Assembly (NCBI RefSeq): GCF_037042905.1
Contig: NC_087263.1
Span: 13,890,001 to 13,954,000, forward strand
DNA length: 64,000 bases
Source of the DNA: Lytechinus pictus
Lineage: Eukaryota
Direction: 5' to 3'
The stretch's first letter is position 1, and each line of letters starts with the position of its first letter. Of the stretch, positions 12,096 to 25,222 are shown one piece after another. Under the pieces are notes generated by a model, which searched no databases, was not told the DNA's origin, and saw only the letters and a program-made list of their open reading frames with translations. Both the position numbers and the translations under genes were made by a program.

Positions 12096-12370
12096 AAAAA
12101 ACATCTAAAGGTCGATCACACATGAACGTACAAGATACAAATAAATAGACCCTTCTTCTGAGGTAAAGATTAAATTTCACAAATTTCCTCCTGCAGGCTC
12201 TCTCCTGGTTATTGCTGATTATCAAAATTACTACTGTCACAGTTATTATTAGACTGTTCTTGTTGCTGCGACTGCCTGTGGGCGTCACGCATATCAAAGT
12301 CTGTGATTGGTTGCCGGGTGTAGGGGCGTGGCTCGGAAAATCTCGGGGCCATTGGAGGCCAGACGTCGTC
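12096..12370 (-). promoter_or_regulatory. Candidate proximal UCP promoter plus non-coding first exon
   Basis: CpG-rich patch with two minus-strand CCAAT boxes (attgg at 12306 and 12351), a GC box ggggcgtggc (~12323) and CRE-like cgtca/gacgtc. Downstream is a consensus donor gtaagtat at 12095 that could splice to the acceptor at 11577. Confidence 0.55.
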
Positions 12371-12521
12371 CTTATTTAGAAAGAGAATCTGCGAATAAAT
12401 GGGAGAGCGTAGACGAATATTAGATTTTAATAAAAGTAAATGCAGAGATTTGTTATTGTCAATATTTATTTAAATCATTTAGGAGGGGGACAAATGAAAC
12501 AATAGTAGACTTAGGGTCTTC

Positions 12522-12948
12522 CAGGGTGCTACATAACTTTTTAGAAGCACTTTCCCGGTTGGGCAAGTAATTTTTTAAAAAGTTTATATACTGGTACTTG
12601 CCCAAAAATCTATTTCGCCTGCCCCCAAAATCCTTGAAAAAAAGTTTTACCTCTTCAAAAGAAAGTATTGTGGTTTATAAACCATTGAACTTCTTTTCTC
12701 TCTTTTGACATGAACTGATGTGCCTCGTTATTCATGTCTTTTTCCAAAGTGATTTTCTCTTGCCTGCTATGACAAAAATTAGTGTTGATATCATATAAAA
12801 AATATTGACCCTAATTTTGGTCATTCCACTGTGAGAATTTTGCTTTCCCAATTCGGGCAAGTAGTTTTGGTCTTTACTTCAAAACACTTGCCCGAATCTA
12901 ACTTTTACTTGCCCCGGGCAATCGGGCAAGTGCTTATGTAGCTCCCTG
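12522..12948. mobile_element. hAT-like MITE
   Basis: TIR cagggtgctacataa / ttatgtagctccctg (14/15), gggcaagt subterminal repeats, and gggtcttc on both flanks (offset by 4 nt on the right). Confidence 0.75.
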
Positions 12949-14652
12949 ACCTGGGTCTTCTCACAAGCAGAATGTCATTAGAAATTTTGGGTGACGACAT
13001 GTAAATTGTTCATTCACGACCGCAAATAACACAAATAGTGCAGACCATGCGGGGGGGGGGGGGGGGGCTGGATTTAAGTATCTGTTTTACTCATTGTAAT
13101 CCAAGGAACATGGACAAGTTTAGGTCTCCCTTTTTCGGGATGACAATGATGCTTCTTCAATAGAAACAACAAAGGAAAAGAAATTTGAAAGGTCAATTAC
13201 AAGTTTCACCTCAACAAAAGTGCAAGTACAGTATAGGCCTAGAGGTGAAATGGTATCATAGATTTGTAAGACGGTTCAGTGACGCATACAGCTAATAATA
13301 TATTAGTCTACATCTGCAGACTCGCATATGATTCTTCATTTCCTATTTAAAGGGAAGGTCTGCTTTCCCAATTAAAAAGAAAATCTCTCAAATGTAAATC
13401 TTGTTGAAAAAATATCTTTGCTTTATATTTTGTATGAGGTATAACCTTGTAAATCTTTTATATGAGAATGAATTATTAATAACAGTACTGTCTTTACTTA
13501 GGATCAACAAAAACATGATTGTTCTATTTTTTCCACCTCCTATTCCTAATGAAAAAAACCATAAATTTAAAGATATCATTATCTCTATGTAATGTTATTA
13601 ATATTCTTTACAAGGGTCATGTTGGATGCTTTATCCTTTAGTACTTTCCCATATCTTTTTGACATACAGGGTTAAGTAATAAAAGCCAAAAAAAATATAC
13701 ATCTACATTTATTCTGAAATTTACAGCTCATTCCATGCTTGAGGAAGTACAGTAGGGGGGAAATATACATAAGCTTGGCGAGAGGAGAGAAATAATCTTA
13801 TACAATTTCTTTTTTTACCTGTAAGAAACAAGTTTGCCAGTCTGGACAAGTAAAATACAATTGATGAACATGGAATGATATTTTGATTATCATGATCAAA
13901 ATTGTATATGTACATGTACAATCATGCCAAGTGAACACATCCTATTGCAAATAATGACTAATACAATTGATAAGATGTTCAAGTGCATGTACATAGATTA
14001 AACAATGTAATTTTCTTGTTGACATTCATGGTAGATAGGAAAAGTTGAAGTAGTCAAAAGTATGGGAATCTGCCAAGTGTTGTCAGAGAAGGTTAAGTGA
14101 GAGCCAGGTGGGAGCAAAGGTTACATGTAGAACGATATGAAAATTAATGACTTTTTGTCTCACTCTATCCCTGTAAAAAGAGTCTTTCTTGATGCAATAT
14201 CATTATTGGGGTCATTCACATTGCAAATAAAGGAAAGGGTGAAAATCTACATACATGTGTATGTTGCAACAGGAGTTGACCCCATCAAGGAAAAGGGTAT
14301 GAAAACAGAGACTACTCATTGCAAACCAGTTCAGACTGGATCCAATTCCGCACTCGCATTAGCCTCAACTTTGAATTGATTGAGCTGAGGAAATAAACTT
14401 TTTTTACAGTAAGTTATACATGTATTGTTCATGTACATGTATGCCCCCATATTGTACAACTGAGATCTTGATAGGGCTTGGTTTCAATTAAAAATAAAGC
14501 CGACATGATAAATTTTGTATAATTGAGTGAATGCATACATGCAACTAGAAATTATATCTTGAAGTGTATTTTATTCAAACACATTTATTACCTCCTTTTT
14601 TATGGTTTCATGTAGACCTACGTGTACAAACATGTAAAAGGCACATCAAACT

Positions 14653-15027
14653 CCCAGGGGGCCAGTCAAATAAATTGCTGTACATGTACGTGACAAAAAA
14701 CTCGTTTAAAGGGGTGTTTTTTTAAGTTTTGGACGTGCACTCGTTGAGGATATATCAAAAACACTGATTTTCAAGAAAAGGGGTGGTTTTGAAAGACTGG
14801 TCAATCGCGGGGTCAAACGTATTTTAAAGACAAGCCAAACGTGTTTAGGGAATGTTTTTTCCCCAAGCTTTTTCCCTGGGGTCATATTCTGGAGACAACT
14901 TGTTAATAGGGGCCAAAATGTGTAAATAAAGCCCGCGAAAATCTTGTTCAGGGGGTTATTTTGCACACACAGAAAAAAATTGTTTAGGGGGTGTTTGGAA
15001 ATAATTTGGTCACGCATGTGTACAGCA
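14653..15027. mobile_element. MITE remnant
   Basis: Inverted tgctgtacatgtacgtgac / gtcacgcatgtgtacagca. Confidence 0.5.
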
Positions 15028-15365
15028 TCGCTGGATCAAACTTCATGATAGAATGACAATCTGCACATGTAAAAAAAGGAATAGTTTGATTCACTGGGTC
15101 TTCCAACAATCTACTAGTATCTTATGACCTTGGGCCGACCTTCTCGTGTAGGCCATAACCTGCATACATGTACATACATGTACTGTATGTCCAATACAAT
15201 GGTAATCATTCAAGGTGGTTCCAATAAACATGGTATAGTAGGCCTACAATTTTGCACAAACATGTATCCACATAAACAAATTTCCTCTAGAATAATTGGG
15301 GCATATATTTTACTGTTTGTTTACAGTTCCAGTGTAGAGGCTCTATACTGTGAAGCATTGATTAA

Positions 15366-15771
15366 AGGTAAATTCCAGTTCTGGTAACGATCTCAAAATG
15401 ACATTTTACAGAATCTAATATAATGACCACCCAAGTGTCTGTTTGTATGTTTTTGAATAAAAAATATGTGCCAAAGGATTCTGGAAGAAATTGTGTAATT
15501 GCTGAGAAATAAGCAAAATGAGCGCGGATTCGGTCACTTCCGTCTGGTCTTTATTCCAGCAATAATAATACACTGTCCCACGTGTGCCTATCTGTGTTGG
15601 CGATCTTCAGTGTGATCTTATTTCAGCTTAGATTTTATGATTTCACAAAGTTCAGTTTATGTAACTGTACCAGATCTAGATCCACGATGATATACGGTAG
15701 TCATACTTAACCTTGGTTTTACAGACTTTCTCACGAAATTAGTGTTTTACTGCAACTACTGTACTTTAGCT
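15366..15771. mobile_element. Kolobok-like non-autonomous element
   Basis: TTAA on both flanks, AG...CT termini, imperfect TIR aggtaaattccagt / actgtactttagct. Confidence 0.6.
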
Positions 15772-17385
15772 TTAAGACACTCTCAGTGTAAACAAGTGCA
15801 TTAAAAACAAACATTCTCTTTGTAAGTCAACACGTAGGCCTATCACTCAGTCCGTTATTCTTATATCTACGTACATGTACATTCTCCTTCAATACTGAAG
15901 ATTACGACAGTGTTTATGTATCTGATTGTATCAAGACAACCTCACATTCACTTCCCATTTGGAAACTTGTACAAGGCTGCATGAACTATAAATTTACTCC
16001 AATGTCGAGGCACCTTTTGATCTCAGAACAAGTTAAGAATACACAAATCATAGAAATTGTTTTACAAAATGGATTTACTGAGCCCAAAAAGAATTTCATG
16101 AAAGGACTTTTTTGTACGTTTTACCCGACAAGCGCTGCTTTTAAATTCAAGTTACCACAGTAACAGTGCTTCTCAGCCAATCAAAATCAAGGAAGTTGTC
16201 AGATCTGCCAAATTGACAGATGACAAAGATGACAAATGTTGATGAAATGCTCCCTGAAGTAAAGAGAACCATCAAAGGCAGACATGACGGGGGGGGGGGG
16301 GGGGGGCGATCATGGTCACCAAGATGTCCAAAATAGGCCTGCAAGTTGCAAAATGGCCTGCTACAATGTAGGTTCAATATAATAAGTAAAAAGTGGGGGT
16401 GGGGGAACTCCGGGGAAGTACATTAATGCAGCACTTATCCACACTTTTAAGTAGACTCTATTCTGAAAAAGTGAAAATGATTTCCCCTAGAAAAACCTCA
16501 TCTTTCTATTTATAATTAAGTAGTAAATTGTCGATAAAAATTATTCATTGCAAGTGGTAGAGAGCTAATGCTTGGGCAATATGCAACTCGTATGCTGTTT
16601 CAGTATAAACTGCTTCATGTATTGTCTACCTTTTAGGGAAAATAGGTTTCACTCTGTGGACTGTGGATATTAGTCTACATGTAGCATTCATCCTCTGGTC
16701 AAGTCCGACTGTCTGACGCTCATCAATCTCAATCAACTAGTGCATGATGGGATATTATGAGGTGCAATACAGGGATTCTCAAATTCCTTGCATTAGCAAA
16801 CGATGAAATGCATTAATAGGCAGCCCACAGATTACATGAAAATAGACCAACATTCTTTCATTTGAAAGGTGCCGACTGCCAATCATGTCATCGTGACAAT
16901 GGGGGGGGGGGCGGGCGGGGGTCCAGAACATAATTAATAAAAAGCATCAGTTTTGAGGGGTTATTTTTGTATAATTTTGGACAGAGAACATTATTATTAT
17001 TGCTATAGTTGCACAGACAAAATTCAGCATGGCTATGGACAAAGTTTGAAATATAAAATCTCAATCAGTTTCAAGTGCCACTCCATGATCCATGCATGTT
17101 TAGCTTGGAACTTAGAAGCTGATACAGATATCATTTCCTAATTTTTCTTCTCTTTCCTCATCTCATTTCCCTTCCTTCTCACATTTCTCCTCTCCCCCTT
17201 CTCCTCCTCCTAATTTCTCTTTTTTTTATCCATCTTCTTCTCCCCTTTAATTAATGCCTCTTTTTCCCCTCCTCATTCTTTTCATTCTTCTTCATTTTCT
17301 CCTCCTCATCCTCCTTCTTCTCTGCAGCTCTGCCTCTTCTTGAATTCCCCTTCTTCTTCTTCGTTCCCTTCATCACCTCCTCACT

Positions 17386-17791
17386 AGGGCCATCTGCACC
17401 ATCCAGAGTTTTCAAATTAGCGCGCTATTTCTGATCCGGCAAATTATCCCGATCTGAACAATCTCGAGATTATTTGCAATGAAGACGCAATTATCGTGCT
17501 AGTTCGTAGGATTAATCTCGAGATTGCAATCCCAAGTCAACTTGGGATTATTTGCAAAATAGCGCGCTAAATAATTTTACGAATTATGGCGCTAATTCGT
17601 AGGTGCAGACGCATTCGGGATTGTTTATTCACGGCGTCAGACCATAATGCATCGATGCCTCGCTCGAGCAGGAATCGCTCTTCTTGCGATGGTGGAGACA
17701 GGGTTTCTTGAATCTCGAGATTAATCGCGAAGAGGGCCGATCAGGCTAAAATCTCGAGATTGGGCAAACTCGGGATGGTGCAGCACCGCCT
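17386..17791. mobile_element. Harbinger-like MITE
   Basis: Inverted ctgcaccatccagagttt / aaactcgggatggtgcag; internal aatctcgagatt palindromes. Confidence 0.65.
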
Positions 17792-19195
17792 AAAAACAAT
17801 AACTTACGACTAAAAAACATTTAAAAACACTCACAATGGTAAGTCAAAATCCCCCCCCCCCAATAAAAAAAGAAAAAACGTGATAATTATTGTACTGCAA
17901 CAATTTATGGAAGTGCAAGAGCAGGAATTCTCCAAAATGTTTCGCTGCCTGCTCAGCTCTGAATTGAGCTCTGCACCATAATTCGAAGGGCAAGGCTGAA
18001 TGAGTGAATGGTCACCACGCACTACACTTGCCTGAATTACCTGTGCACCTACTGCATTCTCAAAATTCTCGATCTCTTTCTCGCTCCGATCCAATTCACA
18101 TTTAAAAACACACAGCCCAAACAACGAAATGCAAGGCTTAATCATCACAAAACAAAATATACTCACGATCAAATTAAAACTTGATAAATGAGTCCTTTGC
18201 CACATTTATCAGCAGCGGGATCCAAATTTCCAATCAAGTCTCAACTCCAAGATCATCAGAATTCAGATGGAGTCTACAGTATTTTCTTTATGGCATTCGC
18301 GACTGATTTGTAGTCCGCGATGCGATGATGAAATTTCGCAATAACAAGAAAAACGTACTGGAGATTAGACTCTTATTGGTCTCTTAGTTAGTCGTCGAAA
18401 TATCCATAATAATATTTTTTCTGATTTCGATAAATGACAGGAATTATTCTCCATCAAAAATATATTAAAATGCAAAACTGTATTTTGGAACGTATTCATA
18501 GAAAAGACATATTTTGAAATTCAAATTCTTGGTACATATTCTTACATTTACTGCTTACAAGCGACTGGCAAACACTCTAATTCAATGACGCACTGGCTAA
18601 TGCGCTACAATCAGCTGTTGTTTGAAAGTCACCTTGTAACAGAATTTAAAGCGGTTGTTCGGTGAATATAATAAGAGAAATAATTAGAGATCGAGAAATT
18701 TAGTTGGAATTTAATCGAATACCTGTGTTTATTTAAATGAAATTAATTAATTTTAAAAAGATAATTATTAGGCCCCTCAAATTGTTATATTGCCTAGGAT
18801 TTTATAAGCATGGTCCCCATGGTCGGGATCGATATACTATGATAATTTTTTTTTATTATTGCATGTATAGATCGATTTTCTAGCATTCCCTCCAAATGTA
18901 ACATTTCGTTTATATAAATTCATATTGATATATTTTTTCTTAACAATATCTAGGCCTGTCTGTAGATCATTTGGGATATTTTAACTTCGTAATAGGATAT
19001 GCCTACATATACTTTAAAAAATGGAAATGGGAAATAGATAAATAAACATAAACACATTCTTGATTTTTCCTTTACATCAAAGATTTTGTTTATTATTTCC
19101 TTTGCCAACAGATTGGCTAAGCCACTAATCGAAAAGAACAAAAGGACAATTTAAGTAAAGCAATTATTTAGTTTTACAACCGGCAATCATCTTAC

Positions 19196-19560
19196 ACCAA
19201 ATCCCGGTCACCAAATACTTGCCAATGATGGAAGTGCTTGCAGGCATTAAGTACTGCAAACGTAGCTAGCAATAAAAAAAGCATCTGAAAAAACAAGAGT
19301 GTTGGAAGCTCCTTGGAAAAAAAGAACCAACAGCGAACACAACAAGTTGTATTTATAATTACCCCCAATTTTGTTGACGTGGCGAATAAAACGCCAACAC
19401 GCACACACGGTATCAATGTACGGATAATCACTTTAAAGCACTTGTTTGCAAGCAGAAATGGGCGTAGTCACGTTCTGCGCTTTTGATTGGCTGAGAGCGG
19501 AGGGCTCGTCACCATATCGCTCACACGTCAGTGCACGTGCTTGACTGCGCAGACTCGTAG
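19196..19560 (-). promoter_or_regulatory. Candidate distal UCP promoter/first exon
   Basis: CpG-rich, with CCAAT (attgg 19486), gggcgt (~19460), E-box cacgtg (~19534) and a donor gtaagat at 19195. Confidence 0.4.
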
Positions 19561-22500
19561 CTATTGTATGCTAACAAGGCCGATTTGGTCGAGAAACCTG
19601 GCTTTTCTTATTTGTTTACAATCATGTGGACTTCATGGGCCATACATATCGCACACAGGATTTCCTACCTCATGTTTGACAGGGCAACTCCAACTCATGT
19701 ACCAGATAATAAACGTGGGAGAGAGTGGGTAGGATGTGGGAGGGAAAGGAGTTGGGTAGCGGAGTGTGGACCCTGGCGTATATGAGAGAGGAGAGAGAGG
19801 AGGGGTGGGCATTGGGCAAATAAAAAGTTTCACAACCAAGATATAAAAATAAGGACAAATTGAAAGGAAAGGGGTGAAATTGATATCGTGTTCTGAATAT
19901 ATTATCAAAATGACAAAATCTATAATCCCCCAAATAACCCAATAGTATTTAAAGTGTAAAAAAAATTGCCCTATTCGCGATGTCTGGCCCCTTCATTTTT
20001 TTTTTTGGGGGGGGGGTGGGCCGTACACGACACTGGGTGGGAATAGGGAGGTCAGGAGTGGGAGTGGAGGTAGGAGTTTTTCAGGGGCGAAATTTATTGA
20101 TTGATTTGAAAGTGTTTATTTCTCATTTACAAATTACAAGCACAGATGATAGCTTCATCAAAAAATGGCATAATCACAAAAAGTTATGTATATATAATTT
20201 GTATACAAATAGAACAAAGCAACTATTACAAGATTAAGGAATAACAAGAGAAAAGAGGAACTATAATAAGAAGTCGGGCTTGTGTAACATTAGTCCCTCG
20301 TCGGGTTAAATACATATTGCAATATTCTTGAAAAGTAAAAGGAAAGACGTAACAGTTGCATTCAATTAAAATCATATGATGGCAAACTGAATAGAACACA
20401 TGGGAAGGGAAATGATAAAAAGGAACAGTATTACATAAACAAAAACAGCGGAAAAAACATTATTAGGGAAAAGGAATGAACGTAATGAGGGCAGATACAA
20501 GAAGAATATTTTTTACAATATGGTTTATACGGATATCGATTATTTATTTTGGACTTTTTTCTTTTATTTTCACATCCTAAACCATTCTCGATACGTCCAT
20601 ATCCCAATTTCACCCCCTTCTTGCCCGTTAGCACCTTTTTTTAAATTGAAAATCATTCAACTGAAAACCAGTTTGAAAACGATTACTAACAAGTAGACCT
20701 AAGTAATCAACGGTCGTATAATATGAAATCAGCTTTCTCTTTCTTTCTTTTTCTGGAAAATGTACGAAGGAAGATTTTTAACAATCAATATTTAATAAAG
20801 GGCAACGTCTTCATTGAATTTACAAACATGTCCCATCAGCTTATATTGTCATTTTGAATGTGTTAATAATGGTGTTATTTGATCAGAAAAATGATGTTTA
20901 CTGTTCGTGAGAGAAACTCACTTTTCAATGCATTTCTTTCCTATTCTATTCTCTTCTCCTACCCCCCCCCCCCCTCTGCCTCTCTCTATATCTCTCTCTC
21001 TCTCTTTCTCTCTCCATCCATCTTTCTTCGTCCTTGTTATTTATTTTGTTTTGGAAGAGAATCAAGTTCCATTTCGTGCCGGGTTTGTTAGGTGAATGAC
21101 AGTCTATTGTCTGAAAACAAACGAGTTCTCAAGTATATGGAAGGTTGCAAAACAAATACCCGAATATCCATGTTTTTGCTGATGAGACTGAATAAATTGC
21201 TTGGTTTATGAGCATACATTCAAACGAAGATATACAACAACATAAAATAATAATATCAAGATCATAATTGGGTGACTGGTTTAAAGGTACTGTCATGGAC
21301 AGTACTTGAGAGAGAGAGAGAGCAAAGCGAGTGAGCGAGCAAAGCGAGTGAGCAGTAACTTTATAGTATATTGAATAATAGCAGATTAATAGTATTGTCA
21401 GGCACATCATCCATGGCACTTGTCTTTAACCCCCCCCCCCCCGAAAAAAAAGGGATAAATATCAAATGGAATAACTTGATTGAGGTCTTTTGACCAGATA
21501 TGTAAGAAAATGGTATCACATTGATAAGAAGAAAAAAAAAACACAATATTGTGTTTTTGTGTGTGCGTGGAACGTCTTTCCTCCTAGTAGTTCGAATAAC
21601 AAATAACATGAGTATAAGATAACGCAGTACAGTAAAGTGCGATCCTATCAAATTTAAATGTGTTTACTAAATAAATTTATTGATTTTTCAATAATTTCAA
21701 AACAGCAGACAAATCAGCAATGTCACGATAATCATACACAAGCAAATTAAAAAGAATATCAAAATAAAGAAGAAAGAAGGGGGAGAACAAAGGAAAATTC
21801 AAATTCAAATTCATTTTATTTCACATCTCTTAAAAAACAGGGTACAATAGTGAGTTAATGCTATAGAGTAAAACCAACAATGACAGTTGTACAATTTAAA
21901 CAAAAATAAAAAGAAAAAACATAAAGTAATGAATGGAATGTGAGGGAGTAACAAAAAGCCATTGGCCTATCTAGGCTACTCCCTTTTTACATTCATTACT
22001 GATAATAAAACAAAACAATATCTTCCAATCGACTTTTGAGATTGAAAAACAAAGATCTCAAAATCAAACCAAATCAGTAGACCGGTAGACAAAACAACAG
22101 CAATCAAAATTGAAATAATAAGCAAAGAACAAAAAACAAAAACAAAAAACATACCAAAACAAGCAAAACAAGATTGAAGCCCGGGAACGGAGATTGCAAA
22201 AACATAAAACAAGGGAGTGCATGAGGGGATTCCCAGGACACACCGAAGTCGAAGACGACCCTTTTAATTTGAATGTTTTTTTTTCTCACGTGACCATAGG
22301 CTCACATGCACAACAGTCATTGACACGTTGTCCGGATAGGGCTAGGGTATAAAAACACAAAGAAAAAACAATCTTTGTTTGACGTAAACAATCAGAAGTC
22401 AATATGCTGACCGACCGACCCTGACATTGTGTGTGTGTGTTTTTTCATTAAATACATAACTAACCTGGGAAACTGGGGAATAGCTCGGTATCTAGAACAT

Positions 22501-23469
22501 TGTCCATAATGTAGACAGATGGCTTTTTAGTGCTTGAAGCCCCGACCGACCCTAGAGGTAAAACTCATGCCGTAAGCAGCTTGGGTAAGGCATTGGTATT
22601 TCCCCCTACCCCCCCCCCCCTTGAAATTTGTATTTTTTCAAACCTAAAATTTTTACAAAATTCACCAAAAGTATCAACGAAATCTCTCAATTCACTTTAA
22701 TTAGAATGCACAAGCACCCCCGTGACCAGTTTGGTGGCGAATATTTTACGCCCCCCCCCCCATTAGGAATACGCTTCTATTTTTTTGTAGCACAGATATT
22801 CGTTTTATCGTTGTTCTTAGTGCCGCATTGTTCCAGTAAGTGGTTTATTGTTATTTCTTCCTTCTTTCATGTGCATTTGATGCATTTTTCTTATTTTGAA
22901 TCATTGCAATCTTGTAAATATGTTACTATGCTGACTTACTTTAATAATTAAAACCTATATAAAAACAACCGACTCTATTTTCCCCCCTTTTACCCGGAAC
23001 AAATCTCTCCCTTCTTCATCCCCCCTAACGTTATCGACGTCAAACACGTCCCTGTATTAATTCATTTTTGCTAGGGCTGGGGCTCGAATTTTCGTTGCTT
23101 CTCTCTCTTTCTCTGTTCTATGTTCCTTGTTTTTGTCTGCTTTTTTGTCTTGTTTTTCACTATAAATATTATATCGACCTTGATACATCAAAATATAGTG
23201 CAAGCCTGCCCAACATACCAGCCTTAATCTGTAATACTAGCCAGAGGTACAAGCAAACTAATCTGATGTTGCCAAGCATTGGTAATTCGGTTATGTCTAA
23301 TAAAAACGAAAGAAAGGTATACTTTAATCTCATAATTTTAATGAAATTTGCAGATTCTAACCCAATTACCCCCCCCCCCTCTCGCACTTTATCTGTAGTA
23401 AACCTCTCTCCTGCACCCCCTCTCTCTCTCTCCCTCTTTATCTATCTATCTATATATCTGTCTCTCTCC

Positions 23470-23500
<31 letters not shown>

Positions 23501-24158
23501 TCTTTTTCTCTGTCACCTTGCCTATACATCTGCATCTTTTCACAACAGTTGCAAATTCTTCTCACCTGTGTAATAGCTCTATGGATATACCTACTAGTCC
23601 ACAAACATTATCTTTTCTCTTTGATATCACATGACCCCATCCCCTCCTCCGCCCAATTAATCTCCTCCTTCATTTCCCGGGGTGTGCAGCATCCATCTCA
23701 ATCAATGGTATCCCCCTGTCTCCCAAAGTGTCAACGATCATCTCGTTTGCCTCGCATCTCAATCCAATTACGTCACAGACCGGTGACGTCACAACATGGG
23801 ATATTCCACATAAAGCAATTAGAGCCTACGGGGGAGGTGGGGGGGGGGGGGGTTGGGGGCTTCTTTCTCAGAGAAAAGATAGAGGTCAAATTCCTAAAGC
23901 AATCCATTGATGCGAAGGAGGAGGAGGAGAAGAAGAAGAAGAAGAAGAAGAAGAAAGAAAGAAGAAGAACACCACCAACAACATTAACAACAAGGGAAAG
24001 AACAAGAAGAAGAACAGAAAGAAGAACAAATAGAAGGAGGAGGGAAGACGAATAATTGTGATTAACTTGAGATTGGTTTATACATTTTGTTTCATTTCTT
24101 TTACTTCTTATATACAATGTAGGCTCATAAAATAATTTCCTGAGGCGCATTAAGCTAT

Positions 24159-25222
24159 AGCTTAAAAGTGCCATCCAGATAATCATCTCGTCATGTCTAC
24201 ATCTATTAAGGAAAAGATGAGATGACGAGATCTTGGAAATCGTCATATCTGCATCTTGTAAAATGGATGATCAGATGACTTGTTCGTAGATCTCATTATG
24301 TATACATTCCGTGGGAGAGATGATCAGACGATAAGATCTTAATCTTGTCATGTCTACATCCCATGGGAGAGATCATTAGATGACAAGATCTTGGATCTCA
24401 ATATGTCTACATCTTGGGGAAAAAGACGGATGAGATGACGAGATCTTAGATCTCGCTATGTCTATGATCAGATGATACGATCTTGGATCTCGCCATGTCT
24501 ATGATCAGATGATACGATCTTGGATCTCGCCATGTCTATGATCAGATGATACGATCTTGGATCTCGCCATGTCTATGATCAGATGATACGATCTTGGATC
24601 TCGCCATGTCTATGATCAGATGATACGATCTTGGATCTCGCCATGTCTATGATCAGATGATACGATCTTGGATCTCGCTATGTCTATGATCAGATGATAC
24701 GATCTTGGATCTCGCCATGTCTATGATCAGATGATACGATCTTGGATCTCGCTATGTCTATGATCAGATGATACGATCTTGGATCTCGCCATGTCTATGA
24801 TCAGATGATACGATCTTGGATCTCGCCATGTCTATGATCAGATGATACGATCTTGGATCTCGCCATGTCTATGATCAGATGATACGATCTTAGATCTCGC
24901 CATGTCTATGATCAGATGATACGATCTTGGATCTCGCCATGTCTATGATCAGATGATACCTTCTTGGATCTCGTCATGTCTACATCCAGGACCAATGGTA
25001 TTGGTAGTAGCTCCAAGATTAGATGATAAGATCTTGGATCCGAAATGTCATCTCATATAGTCATATCTCCCACAAGATGTAGATCTTGTCATCTGCTTAT
25101 CTCTCTAATAGGATGTAGACATGGCGAGATCAGATCTAAGATTTCGTCATCTCATCTCTTTCCCCAAGAGATGTAGACATGACGAGATGATTATCTGAAC
25201 ATCTGGGTGGCACTTTTAAGCT
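24159..25222. mobile_element. TIR element (MITE) with an internal tandem array
   Basis: TIR agcttaaaagtgccatccagat / atctgggtggcacttttaagct (21/22) plus inverted subterminal catctcgtcatgtctacatct repeats. Confidence 0.8.
24449..24966. repeat. 37-bp minisatellite, 14 near-identical copies
   Basis: Unit gatctcgccatgtctatgatcagatgatacgatcttg, head to tail with no spacers. Confidence 0.95.

Noticed and set aside
23068..24246. Longest ORFs in the window (188, 168 and 157 aa)
   Set aside because: They are built from CT/TATC microsatellites, G runs and (GAA)n, with no domain or splice support.
24449..24966. 37-bp direct repeats as a CRISPR array
   Set aside because: The units are head to tail with no unique spacers, there are no cas genes, and the context is eukaryotic.
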